Positions 31,446 to 39,816 of a stretch of 64,000 bases of DNA are shown piece after piece. The notes beneath the pieces were generated by a model that made no database searches, was not told the DNA's origin, and was given only the letters and a program-made list of their open reading frames with translations. Positions within the stretch are counted from its first letter, which is position 1, and each line of letters begins with the position of its first letter. Where the stretch lies: positions 15,479-79,478 of the forward strand of contig JADQCB010000015.1 of the NCBI GenBank assembly GCA_016278325.1, read 5' to 3'. A program made the position numbers and the translations under genes. The DNA is from Actibacterium sp. (GTDB taxonomy: Bacteria; Pseudomonadota; Alphaproteobacteria; Rhodobacterales; Rhodobacteraceae).

Positions 31446-32228
31446 TCATCCCAGCCAGACATCCAGGAACAGCATCAGGACAAGACCGATCGAAAGACCC
31501 AGCGTCGCCCTGTTCTGGTGACCGCTGCGATGCGTTTCGGGGATGATCTCGTGGCTGATCACGTAAAGCATCGCCCCCGCGGCAAAGGCCAGGCCCCATG
31601 GCAGAAGCGGCGCCGAAATCGTGATGATCCCGGCCCCCAGGATGCCGCCGACAGGTTCGACCATGCCGGTGAGCGCGGCGATGGTCCAGGCGCGGGTCTT
31701 GCCATAACCTTCGCCAAGCAGGGCAACGGCGACCGCAAGCCCCTCGGGGGCGTTTTGAAGCCCGATGCCGATGGCAAGTGGCAGGCCGCCCGAGAACCCG
31801 TCTGCGCCAAAACCGACGCCAACGGCCAGCCCTTCGGGGAAATTGTGGATGGTGATCGCAACGATGAAAAGCCATACGCGGCGCAAAGAGACACTGGCGG
31901 GCCCTTCGCGTCCCAGCCGGAAATGCTCGTGCGGCAGCTTTTCGTTCATCAGGGCCACCGCGCCCATGCCCAAGAGAATTCCGACCACCACGATGGCCGC
32001 CGGAACCGCCCCTTCGCCGTAGCGGCCCGCGGCGGCGTCTAGCGCGGGGATGATCAGCGAAAAGAACGATGCGGCCAGCATCACGCCCGCGGCAAAACCC
32101 AGCGACATGTCGCGCATCTCGCGCGACGGCGTCTTTCCGAACAACACCGGCACCGCGCCGACCGCCGTCATCAAACCAGCGGCGAGGCTGCCGAGAAAAC
32201 CGAGTGTGATGGGAGAGAGGGTTTCCAT
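31446..32228 (-). CDS. zupT: ZIP-family divalent metal transporter (ZupT-like)
   Basis: 260 aa. Multi-pass. HNFPEGLAVG and HEIPE-like motifs (SHEIIPE). Confidence 0.85.
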   Translation of the reverse strand: METLSPITLGFLGSLAAGLMTAVGAVPVLFGKTPSREMRDMSLGFAAGVMLAASFFSLIIPALDAAAGRYGEGAVPAAIVVVGILLGMGAVALMNEKLPHEHFRLGREGPASVSLRRVWLFIVAITIHNFPEGLAVGVGFGADGFSGGLPLAIGIGLQNAPEGLAVAVALLGEGYGKTRAWTIAALTGMVEPVGGILGAGIITISAPLLPWGLAFAAGAMLYVISHEIIPETHRSGHQNRATLGLSIGLVLMLFLDVWLG

Positions 32229-32262
32229 TTAGAACTCCGGAATGGCAATGCAGCCCGTATAA

Positions 32263-32279
32263 TTGCGAATCGTTCGCAA
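32263..32279. promoter_or_regulatory. inverted repeat TTGCGAA-TCG-TTCGCAA upstream of the ZIP transporter (candidate Fur-family Zur/Mur operator)
   Basis: Perfect 7-3-7 palindrome, 35 nt upstream of the ZIP start codon (32228), inside an AT-richer patch (GTATAATTGCGAATCGTTCGCAAGTAAA). Confidence 0.45.
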
Positions 32280-32389
32280 GTAAACAGGCAAAAGGTCCCG
32301 ACGCCCGCGACATTCCTTCCCGAGGGACCGCGGATCAAGCGCCGTTCCGGATCGGGCATCGCGACCGCGCCGGTTCGCGGGCGTGCCGA

Positions 32390-32905
32390 TCAGTGGCGCC
32401 CGCCAGCCAGGATATACCCTTTTCGCGACAGGCAGCGCGCGCCGAGCCCCGGCACATAGCCGCGGCGTGTGGGAAACAGCGCGGCGCAGCCTTCGGGCAG
32501 GCGGCCGCGATATCCCGACCGGGCCATGCAGGACCGATCCAGATAGGCGATCGAATCACCCCTGCCGTCGGTTTCGCGCAGACATTGTGCCGGCAGGATT
32601 TCGTGATTGCGCCAGGTCTGCCCGCGCTCGTCCCCGTCGCGTTGATGCCTGCCCGCCCGGTCGCGGCGCCCGGCATCTTCGTCACGATCATTCCGATACC
32701 AGTGATCGCGTCCGGTCGCGGCCCGGTTCGGGCTGCGGCCCGCCTCGTCCTTTTCGGCCGATTTCGCGATACCATAGAGCGCCGCCGCCCCGAGGAGTAA
32801 CAGGATGGCTTTCTCGCCATCCGACGTGGCCCGGGCCGGCGCGGCGGTGAGGCCTGACACGGCCAGGGTGGCGCTCATTAAGATTGCAGTGATGCGGTTC
32901 TTCAT
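32390..32905 (-). CDS. secreted protein of unknown function with two 29-residue Cys-pair repeats
   Basis: 171 aa. Signal peptide MKNRITAILMSATLAVSGLTAAPARA. Charged Arg/Asp linker. Two copies of LPxxC-x17-C[ML][AS]R[SK]GY. Confidence 0.6.
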   Translation of the reverse strand: MKNRITAILMSATLAVSGLTAAPARATSDGEKAILLLLGAAALYGIAKSAEKDEAGRSPNRAATGRDHWYRNDRDEDAGRRDRAGRHQRDGDERGQTWRNHEILPAQCLRETDGRGDSIAYLDRSCMARSGYRGRLPEGCAALFPTRRGYVPGLGARCLSRKGYILAGGRH

Positions 32906-33037
32906 GGATCCGGTCCTTCCTTTGAAGCGATGCAGGAAGCCTTCCCTGCCAAGGTGATACGCAGATGCTGCCTTTGGCCGGCGATGACAGGCAATATCGC
33001 CGCCCGGTCATGCGATGACCGCGTCCACCGGGCGCTT

Positions 33038-33050
33038 GTTATTGAATAAC
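33038..33050. promoter_or_regulatory. palindrome GTTATT-G-AATAAC in the divergent intergenic region (candidate operator)
   Basis: Perfect 6-1-6 AT-rich inverted repeat, 27 nt upstream of the ATG at 33077, in an otherwise GC-rich spacer. Confidence 0.35.
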
Positions 33051-33076
33051 GGGGCGAACCCGCGCATTGTCGGGCA

Positions 33077-33373
33077 ATGAAAACGCGCATCCTTTTTCTC
33101 CTGGGTCTTGTGCTGGCCGCGAATGTCGCGGCTCCGGCCAACGCCGAATGCTATGCCGACTACAAGGCCAAGCAGAACGACCCGCTGCGCCTGCATTACG
33201 GTGTGATCGAGCTTCCCGACACTGCCTGTGCCGATCGCGGCACCGCGGCCAGGGCGATCGAACCCCGGATCGCGGCGGATGGCTGGCAGTTGCTGAACGT
33301 CATGTCCATATTCGGACAGGACGGGCTGTCGGAAAGGAAAGAGAGTGCCGGACCCTACTTCCTCCGCTACTGA
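33077..33373 (+). CDS. small secreted protein of unknown function
   Basis: 98 aa. Signal peptide MKTRILFLLGLVLAANVAAPANA. Two Cys in the mature part. Confidence 0.6.
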   Translation: MKTRILFLLGLVLAANVAAPANAECYADYKAKQNDPLRLHYGVIELPDTACADRGTAARAIEPRIAADGWQLLNVMSIFGQDGLSERKESAGPYFLRY

Positions 33374-34049
33374 GACCGGGCGCCGCACCCTGCCGGTCGT
33401 GCCAATGGGCATCGCGGCGATCGTTCTGATCCTGCTGGTCGCCGCCGTCGTGCTGTTTCTGACCCTGCCCGATGCGAATGCCTTCAACGCCCGGGTGGAG
33501 CGCATCTTTGTCGAGAATGACGACCTGAGATCGGGCGCCGAGATCAAGCTTCTGGAAATTCTGGCACAGTCGGGCACCGCGTTTTCAGATGTGCTGGCAT
33601 CCTATCGCATGGTGATCTTCGTGCTGCTGGTGTTTTCCACGGCGTTGCTGGTGGCGGCGCTGGTGTTTCTTCTGACGATCGTCGGATTGAACCGCCGCAT
33701 GGGCGAGATCGCGCGCACGGGGATTCAGGTTTCGTCTCTTCTGATCAGCCGGGAGGAGAACACGGTCGTGCTGAACGACATGGATTTCAGGCTGACCGAC
33801 GCGGCAATCGAGACACTGGCAGTCCTGGCCGAGGCGCGGATGGACGGCGACGTTCTGAACGGGGCCGAGATCGAGGCGATGATTTCCGGCCGCAGGGCCG
33901 AGGATTGCGACGAATCCGCGGGCGCCACACGGATCAAGCGCTTGCGCGACGGCCTGGGCAATCAGATCGTCAGCGAATTGCTGATCAAGAATATCGCCCG
34001 CAAGGGCTATATGCTGGCAATCGACAAGGACGTGATCCGAATGATCTGA
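33345..34049 (+). CDS. membrane-anchored protein with C-terminal OmpR/PhoB-type winged-helix domain
   Basis: 234 aa. GTG start at 33345 with AAGGA 6 nt upstream (alternative ATG at 33405). Two TM segments. The C-terminus LTDAAIETLAVLAE..VLNGAEIEAMISG..ATRIKRLRDGLG..LIKNIARKGYML fits the Trans_reg_C pattern. Confidence 0.65.
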   Translation: MPDPTSSATETGRRTLPVVPMGIAAIVLILLVAAVVLFLTLPDANAFNARVERIFVENDDLRSGAEIKLLEILAQSGTAFSDVLASYRMVIFVLLVFSTALLVAALVFLLTIVGLNRRMGEIARTGIQVSSLLISREENTVVLNDMDFRLTDAAIETLAVLAEARMDGDVLNGAEIEAMISGRRAEDCDESAGATRIKRLRDGLGNQIVSELLIKNIARKGYMLAIDKDVIRMI

Positions 34050-34064
34050 ACGCCGGCGGGGCGT

Positions 34065-35621
34065 TCAGCGCAGCCAGACCTCGACCCGGCGGTTGATTGC
34101 CCGCCCCCAATCGGTGTCGTCGCAGGTTATCGGCATCGCTTCGCCGAACGCGGCCACACGCAGTTTCAGGCGCGCGGGATCGGCCGTTATCGCGGCATTA
34201 CGCACGGCGTCGCGCACGGCTACGGCCCGTTCGCGGGCGATGCGCCGGTTCACCTGCCAGTCGCCTTCGCCGTCGCTGAAGCCGATGAACACAAGTTCGC
34301 GGTCGTCATACAAACCCGACTCCAGCGCACGCGCCAGCGTTACCGCGTTGCCCGCCGATTGCGGCCCCAGCTCGGTCGAGCCGCCCCGGAACCGAAATGT
34401 GGTGGTCAGCCGCGCATGGCCCTGCAACGCGGCGTTCATGCGTTGCAGTTCTTCCAGCGGGACCTCGGGGCCGGCTTTGGCGATGGCGTTGGAAAGGCGT
34501 ATCCCCTGCGCATCCAGCGGGATCTCTTCGCGCTGCTGATCGACGAATCCCGCCCGCCTGATGACGAGTTGCGCCGGCGGTGTCGTCAGGTAATCGAGGA
34601 ACTGGCGCGCGAAAAGCGGCAGGCGCCGCGCCGGAAGATACAGCAACAGCGGCGCGGTGAACGGGTAATCGCCGGTTTTTATCGTACTCCTCGTGGCCGG
34701 CAGGGGCATGCCGCAACGGCCCGTCAGGGTCACGCGCACCGCGTTGCCCAGATCCGAAAGCCCGACCACCCCCAGCGCCAGCGGATCGGCGGCCACCGCA
34801 TCGGACAGGGCCCGGCCGCTTTGATGCGCTGTGGCCTTCGCGGTCAGGGTCAGCCCGAACGGCGTCAGGAAATCGGCTTGCAATGCCGTACGCCGGCCGG
34901 ATCCGGACGCCGGAACATGCAGGCCTATCCCGCCTTGGCCGTCGGGCCATTCGGACTGCCGTCCCGAAAGCATGGCGGCCAGCTGCTCGATCTCCAGCCG
35001 GCGCTTCGGATTGGCACGGGCCACGACCGGCACCAGCGCGTCCAGGGCCACGACACGGCTTTGCCTGCCGCGAGACAAGTCGCCGAGCCCGGCATCAAGG
35101 CCGAGTGCGATCTCTTCGTCGTTGACCGGGCGCAGCGCCATGACGATATCGGCCTGGTCGGTCAGAAGATCGGCGAATCCCTCGGCAGTCGATGTCAGCT
35201 TGAACCCGACCCGCGCCACCGTCCGCCCGGCGACCGGATCACTCAGAACGAGCGAGAATTCCCCGTCATCGCGAATATCGCGCGTTACCTGCAATCCGCG
35301 GCGGGCGGCATAGGCCTGCAACAGGTCGGGCATCAGATGCCGCCCCATCGCCGGCGCCCCGGAAAAGGTGAATTCCGCGACATAGGCATCCAGATCGGGA
35401 CATCCCGGACCGGTGCAGATCACGCCCTGGCCATCGACGACAAGCACGCCGTATCTGGTATCCACCCGATAGAATTCGCCGTCGAAGGTCACCAGGGTGC
35501 CGCTGATCGAGATTGCGCCATCGCGCGCGGACAGGGTGACGTCCTGCGCCCGCGCGGCCCCACCTGCGAAAAGAAAAAACAGCGCGGCGATGATCGCCGC
35601 GCCTGCGAAAAGTCGTGTCAT
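34065..35621 (-). CDS. phosphate-binding-protein-like (PstS/PBP) domain fused to OmpA C-terminal domain
   Basis: 518 aa. Signal peptide. Central type-2 periplasmic binding fold similarity. C-terminal FRFRGGSTEL..NRRIARERA..NRRVEVWL OmpA_C motifs. Confidence 0.7.
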   Translation of the reverse strand: MTRLFAGAAIIAALFFLFAGGAARAQDVTLSARDGAISISGTLVTFDGEFYRVDTRYGVLVVDGQGVICTGPGCPDLDAYVAEFTFSGAPAMGRHLMPDLLQAYAARRGLQVTRDIRDDGEFSLVLSDPVAGRTVARVGFKLTSTAEGFADLLTDQADIVMALRPVNDEEIALGLDAGLGDLSRGRQSRVVALDALVPVVARANPKRRLEIEQLAAMLSGRQSEWPDGQGGIGLHVPASGSGRRTALQADFLTPFGLTLTAKATAHQSGRALSDAVAADPLALGVVGLSDLGNAVRVTLTGRCGMPLPATRSTIKTGDYPFTAPLLLYLPARRLPLFARQFLDYLTTPPAQLVIRRAGFVDQQREEIPLDAQGIRLSNAIAKAGPEVPLEELQRMNAALQGHARLTTTFRFRGGSTELGPQSAGNAVTLARALESGLYDDRELVFIGFSDGEGDWQVNRRIARERAVAVRDAVRNAAITADPARLKLRVAAFGEAMPITCDDTDWGRAINRRVEVWLR

Positions 35622-35640
35622 GCCCTGCGGTCGGATTGCC

Positions 35641-36729
35641 CTAGTTCGCGGCGATCTTCAGGTCTCGGATGACATTTTTCAACACAAGATATTCGCCTTT
35701 GGCTTTGCAATCCGGAACCGTCAGGTTCAATTCCACCGATTGCAGCCGGCCATCGAGCCCGGGCTGCAACGTCTCGGCCGATATTTCGTGGCCGCAATTG
35801 GCCTCGGTTATGGGGATCTCGACATTCATCCGCACCACACCGTCGTCGCGCGTCTGACCGCGTGGAAAGCTGTAGATCTCGGCCATTTGCGTGCCGCGCA
35901 GATCGGCCGACCCCAGGCGCGTCAGGAACCCGCCCCGGCCCGTCATGGCGGCAGACGGTGTACGCGGGGCCTGCACCCAGACATGGCCCGGATCATCGAA
36001 ACCGGCCCCGAACTCATAGGCATGCAACTGTATCCCGGCCGGGCCGGTCCATTGCAGGGCGAGGCGTTCGAAATTCGCCTGTTCGGGCACGCTGGCCGTT
36101 GCCGTCAGGATCTTGCCGCCGGGCAGTTCGGCCACGAATACCGCCGGGTCGGTCATCGCCGGCACCTGGACGTGCAATTCCCCCTTGTTGGGAATGCGCG
36201 CGGTGAAATGCAGCCGGTCATGGCTGATCACGACACGCTCGTCCGTATGGCAGCTTGCAGTGATCGTCAGATCGGCCATCGCTGCCGGGGCCGGCGTGGC
36301 GGTCATCGAGGTCTTGCAGGGCAGGCCATACTGGTTCAGCCTCGGCCCGCCGATCGCGGGCGTCGTGAAGTCCCCTTGCAGCCGCGCCATCCGGCGGGCC
36401 AGCGCCCCGGTGTCGGTGGGAAACGCCGGCGCGGCGCCGGCATCGGACGGCAAGGGCGGGATTTCATGATCCGAGACCCTGGATGCGCGCGCGGGCGGCA
36501 CCCGGGATGCGGAGGATGCCGAGAGCGACTGGACCTGATCTATGAACCGGTTGGTGGGCGCCACCACGGACACACGGCGTTGGGCGTCCTGCGAGGATGC
36601 GATGATGGTTTCGTCACTGCCCGCGCTGCGGCCCTGGAAATAGCTGTCGGCGTTCTGCACCAGGTGACCGGCCGCGAATGCGACGATCACGGTGGTGACA
36701 ATGGTCAGGACATTGCGATTCAACTGCAC
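35641..36729 (-). CDS. membrane-anchored protein of unknown function
   Basis: 362 aa. N-terminal TM anchor (VLTIVTTVIVAFAAGHLV), Ser/Pro/Ala-rich linker and a beta-rich C-terminal region with 4 Cys. Its stop lies 19 nt upstream of the PBP-OmpA gene. Confidence 0.6.
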   Translation of the reverse strand: MQLNRNVLTIVTTVIVAFAAGHLVQNADSYFQGRSAGSDETIIASSQDAQRRVSVVAPTNRFIDQVQSLSASSASRVPPARASRVSDHEIPPLPSDAGAAPAFPTDTGALARRMARLQGDFTTPAIGGPRLNQYGLPCKTSMTATPAPAAMADLTITASCHTDERVVISHDRLHFTARIPNKGELHVQVPAMTDPAVFVAELPGGKILTATASVPEQANFERLALQWTGPAGIQLHAYEFGAGFDDPGHVWVQAPRTPSAAMTGRGGFLTRLGSADLRGTQMAEIYSFPRGQTRDDGVVRMNVEIPITEANCGHEISAETLQPGLDGRLQSVELNLTVPDCKAKGEYLVLKNVIRDLKIAAN

Positions 36730-36893
36730 AACAGACCCTTTCGCGTTTGCTTCAGCATGAAACTAGAAACCGAAAGGGGCAAAGACGTGGCGGGAGTTGG
36801 GATTGTTGCTGACTTGTAAACGGCATGGGCCGCCAGATCGCGAAGGCCGCCCGCCGTTATTCCGCGCTATCGGGCCGAGGCGCGGCAGAATAT

Positions 36894-36905
36894 GGCATAA
36901 ACCCG
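36894..36905. repeat. second copy of the 12-mer GGCATAAACCCG
   Basis: Exact match to 29420-29431. Lies 41 nt after the secA stop and about 165 nt upstream of the 362-aa gene. Confidence 0.8.
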
Positions 36906-36945
36906 ATCGAGCGGGCACAATCCGCCCGATGCCAAATCGTCCGAC

Positions 36946-39636
36946 TCAGCTCAGGCGCCCGTGGCAATGCTTGAACTTCCGGCCCGACCCGCAGGGGCAT
37001 GGATCGTTCCGGCCGGGATTGCCCCATGTGGCCGGGTCGTTCTCGTCGAACCCGTCGTTCAGCGCCTCGGTTTGCGGGGTCGCGGCGTCGATTCCCTGCT
37101 GAAGCTGGCGCTGCTGCTCCATCAGTTGTTCCATCATCTGCTGCTGTTCTTCCTCGCTGAGCGGGCGGACCTGCCCCAGCTTCTGGGTGACCTCTTCGCG
37201 CAGAGAGTTCAGCATCGTCTCGAACAGCTGGAACGACTCGGTCTTGTATTCGTTCAGCGGATCGCGCTGGGCATAGCCGCGAAAGCCCACGACCGAGCGC
37301 AGATGCTCCAGCGTCAGAAGGTGGTCGCGCCACTTGCTATCGATGGTCTGAAGCAAGACCTGCTTTTCGATGTTGCGCATGTTCTCGGGGCCGAACCGGG
37401 CGGCCTTCGACGCCATCGCCTCATCCGCGGCCTTGGCGATGCGTTCGCGGATCTGCTGTTCGTCCACGCCCTCCTCGTCGGCCCAGGCGATCACCGGAAC
37501 GTCGATGTTCAGCTTTTCCAGAACCGCCGCGTAAAGCCCTTCGGCATCCCACTGGTCGGCATAGGATTTCGGCGGAATATGAATATCGACCAGATCGTCG
37601 ATGACCTGATGGCGCATGTCCTGCACGATCTCGGACAGGTCGTCGGCTTCCATGATCTCGCGGCGCTGGCTGAAGATCACCTTGCGCTGATCGTTCATGA
37701 CATCGTCGAATTTCAAAAGCTGCTTGCGGATGTCAAAGTTGCGCCCCTCGACCTTGGCCTGCGCCTTTTCCAGCGACTTGTTCACCCAGGGGTGGACGAT
37801 CGCCTCGCCTTCCTTCATCCCCAGCGTGTTCAGAACCTTGTCCAGACGTTCGGACCCGAAGATGCGCATCAGGTCGTCTTCGAGCGACAGGAAAAAGGCC
37901 GATCGGCCCGGGTCGCCCTGACGGCCGGACCGCCCGCGCAGCTGGTTGTCGATCCGGCGTGATTCGTGGCGTTCGGTGGCCAGAACGAACAACCCGCCGG
38001 CGGCCAGCACCTTTTCGCGTTCTTCCGCGTGTTCGGCCGTGATCTTCTTGCGCAGGGCTTCCGGGTCGGCCGTGGGGTCGGCCGCCAGCGCATCCATCAC
38101 CTTCATGTCGACATTCCCGCCCAGCTGGATGTCGGTGCCGCGCCCGGCCATGTTGGTGGCGATCGTCACCGCGCCCGGGCGGCCGGCATCGGCGATGATC
38201 TGCGCCTCTTGTTCATGGTGGCGGGCGTTCAGCACGTTGTGCTCGATCCCGGCCTTGGTCAGCATCTGCGAAAGCGCCTCGGATTTCTCGATCGAGGTCG
38301 TCCCGACCAGGATCGGCTGCCCCTTGGCATGGGCGTCGCGGATTGCATCCACGATGCCCTGGTATTTCTCGCGCGCGGTGCGGAAAACCTGGTCGTCCTC
38401 GTCGACACGTGCAATCGGCATGTTGGTGGGCACCTCGACGACGCCGAGGCCATAGATCTCCATGAATTCCTCGGCCTCGGTGGTGGCGGTGCCGGTCATC
38501 CCGGCCAGCTTGTCGTAAAGCCGGAAGTAATTCTGAAAGGTGACCGAGGCCAGGGTGACGTTTTCCGGCTGGATGTCCACGCCCTCTTTCGCCTCGATCG
38601 CCTGGTGCAGCCCGTCGGACAGGCGGCGCCCGGCCATCATGCGGCCGGTGAATTCGTCGATCAGCATCACCTCGCCGTTGCGAACGATATAGTCCTTGTC
38701 CTTCGTGAACAGCGTGTGCGCCTTCAGCGCCTGGGTGGCGTGATGCACGATGGTCGTGCTTTCGGGATCATAGAGCGACTGGTCTTCCGGCAGGATGCCG
38801 CGCCGGTGCAACTCGGCCTCGATGAACTCGTTGCCTTCGTCGGTGAAGGTCACGTTGCGCTGCTTTTCGTCCAGCGTGTAGTGCTCTTCGGTCAGGCTCG
38901 GCACGACCTCGTCGATGGTCTTGTAGAGCTCCGACCGATCCTGGCTGGGCCCCGAGATGATCAGCGGCGTGCGCGCCTCGTCGATCAGGATGCTGTCCAC
39001 CTCGTCGACGATGGCGAAGTTGTGCCCGCGCTGCGACATCTGCGACAGCTCGGATTTCATGTTGTCGCGCAGATAGTCGAAGCCCAGCTCGTTGTTGGTG
39101 GCATAGGTCACGTCGGCGGCATAGGCGGCCTGTTTCTCGTCCTCGGGCTGCTGCGGATAGATCACCCCGGTGGTCAGGCCCAACGCGCCATAGACCTTTC
39201 CCATCCATTCCGCATCGCGCTTGGCAAGATAATCGTTGACGGTGACGATATGCACGCCCTTGCCGCTGAGCGCGTTCAAATAGGCCGGGAAGGTGGCCAC
39301 AAGGGTCTTGCCCTCACCCGTCTTCATCTCGGCGATATTGCCCTGATGCAGGAAGATCCCGCCCATCAGCTGAACGTCGAACGCCCGCAGGCCGAGCGCG
39401 CGGCGCGCGGCCTCGCGGCAGTTCGCGAAGGCTTCGGGCAGCACGTCGTCCAGGCTTTCGCCGGCTTCGACACGGCGCTTCAGTTCTGCCGTCTTTTCGA
39501 TCAGCCCGGCGTCGTCAAGCTTTTCGTATTCCGGCTCCAGCGCGTTTATCTTTTCCACCAGCGGGCGCGTGGCCTTGACCTTGCGATCGTTCGGCGAGCC
39601 AAAAACCGTTTTGGCGAGTTTTCCGATGCCCAGCAT
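36946..39636 (-). CDS. secA: preprotein translocase ATPase SecA
   Basis: 896 aa. Full-length SecA, including the C-terminal zinc finger [14 protein letters not shown]. Confidence 0.95.
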   Translation of the reverse strand: MLGIGKLAKTVFGSPNDRKVKATRPLVEKINALEPEYEKLDDAGLIEKTAELKRRVEAGESLDDVLPEAFANCREAARRALGLRAFDVQLMGGIFLHQGNIAEMKTGEGKTLVATFPAYLNALSGKGVHIVTVNDYLAKRDAEWMGKVYGALGLTTGVIYPQQPEDEKQAAYAADVTYATNNELGFDYLRDNMKSELSQMSQRGHNFAIVDEVDSILIDEARTPLIISGPSQDRSELYKTIDEVVPSLTEEHYTLDEKQRNVTFTDEGNEFIEAELHRRGILPEDQSLYDPESTTIVHHATQALKAHTLFTKDKDYIVRNGEVMLIDEFTGRMMAGRRLSDGLHQAIEAKEGVDIQPENVTLASVTFQNYFRLYDKLAGMTGTATTEAEEFMEIYGLGVVEVPTNMPIARVDEDDQVFRTAREKYQGIVDAIRDAHAKGQPILVGTTSIEKSEALSQMLTKAGIEHNVLNARHHEQEAQIIADAGRPGAVTIATNMAGRGTDIQLGGNVDMKVMDALAADPTADPEALRKKITAEHAEEREKVLAAGGLFVLATERHESRRIDNQLRGRSGRQGDPGRSAFFLSLEDDLMRIFGSERLDKVLNTLGMKEGEAIVHPWVNKSLEKAQAKVEGRNFDIRKQLLKFDDVMNDQRKVIFSQRREIMEADDLSEIVQDMRHQVIDDLVDIHIPPKSYADQWDAEGLYAAVLEKLNIDVPVIAWADEEGVDEQQIRERIAKAADEAMASKAARFGPENMRNIEKQVLLQTIDSKWRDHLLTLEHLRSVVGFRGYAQRDPLNEYKTESFQLFETMLNSLREEVTQKLGQVRPLSEEEQQQMMEQLMEQQRQLQQGIDAATPQTEALNDGFDENDPATWGNPGRNDPCPCGSGRKFKHCHGRLS

Positions 39637-39816
39637 GTTGTCTCCGCTTGGTGGTCTTTCGGGATCGTGAAAGAGGGTGCCTTGTCCGCCCGCTCGTCCC
39701 CGCTTAGGTAGGCACGGAAACGAAAGGCAGTCCGGCGCTTTCGGACCAAGAGCGATGTAAGCGCCTGCCTTCTGAGTGTCAACGCCGCCGAACCGCGCGG
39801 CAAAAAAGGAGTTGCC

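Noticed and set aside
29421-36905. Reading the two GGCATAAACCCG copies as att-like direct repeats of an integrated mobile island
   Set aside because: There is no integrase, recombinase, transposase, tRNA target or phage/conjugation gene in or next to the block. The repeat is only 12 nt, with partial flank similarity. A regulatory or structural RNA role fits better, so it is not called a mobile element.
37966-39711. 581-aa plus-strand ORF, with the related ORF 36961..37962
   Set aside because: Antisense to secA.
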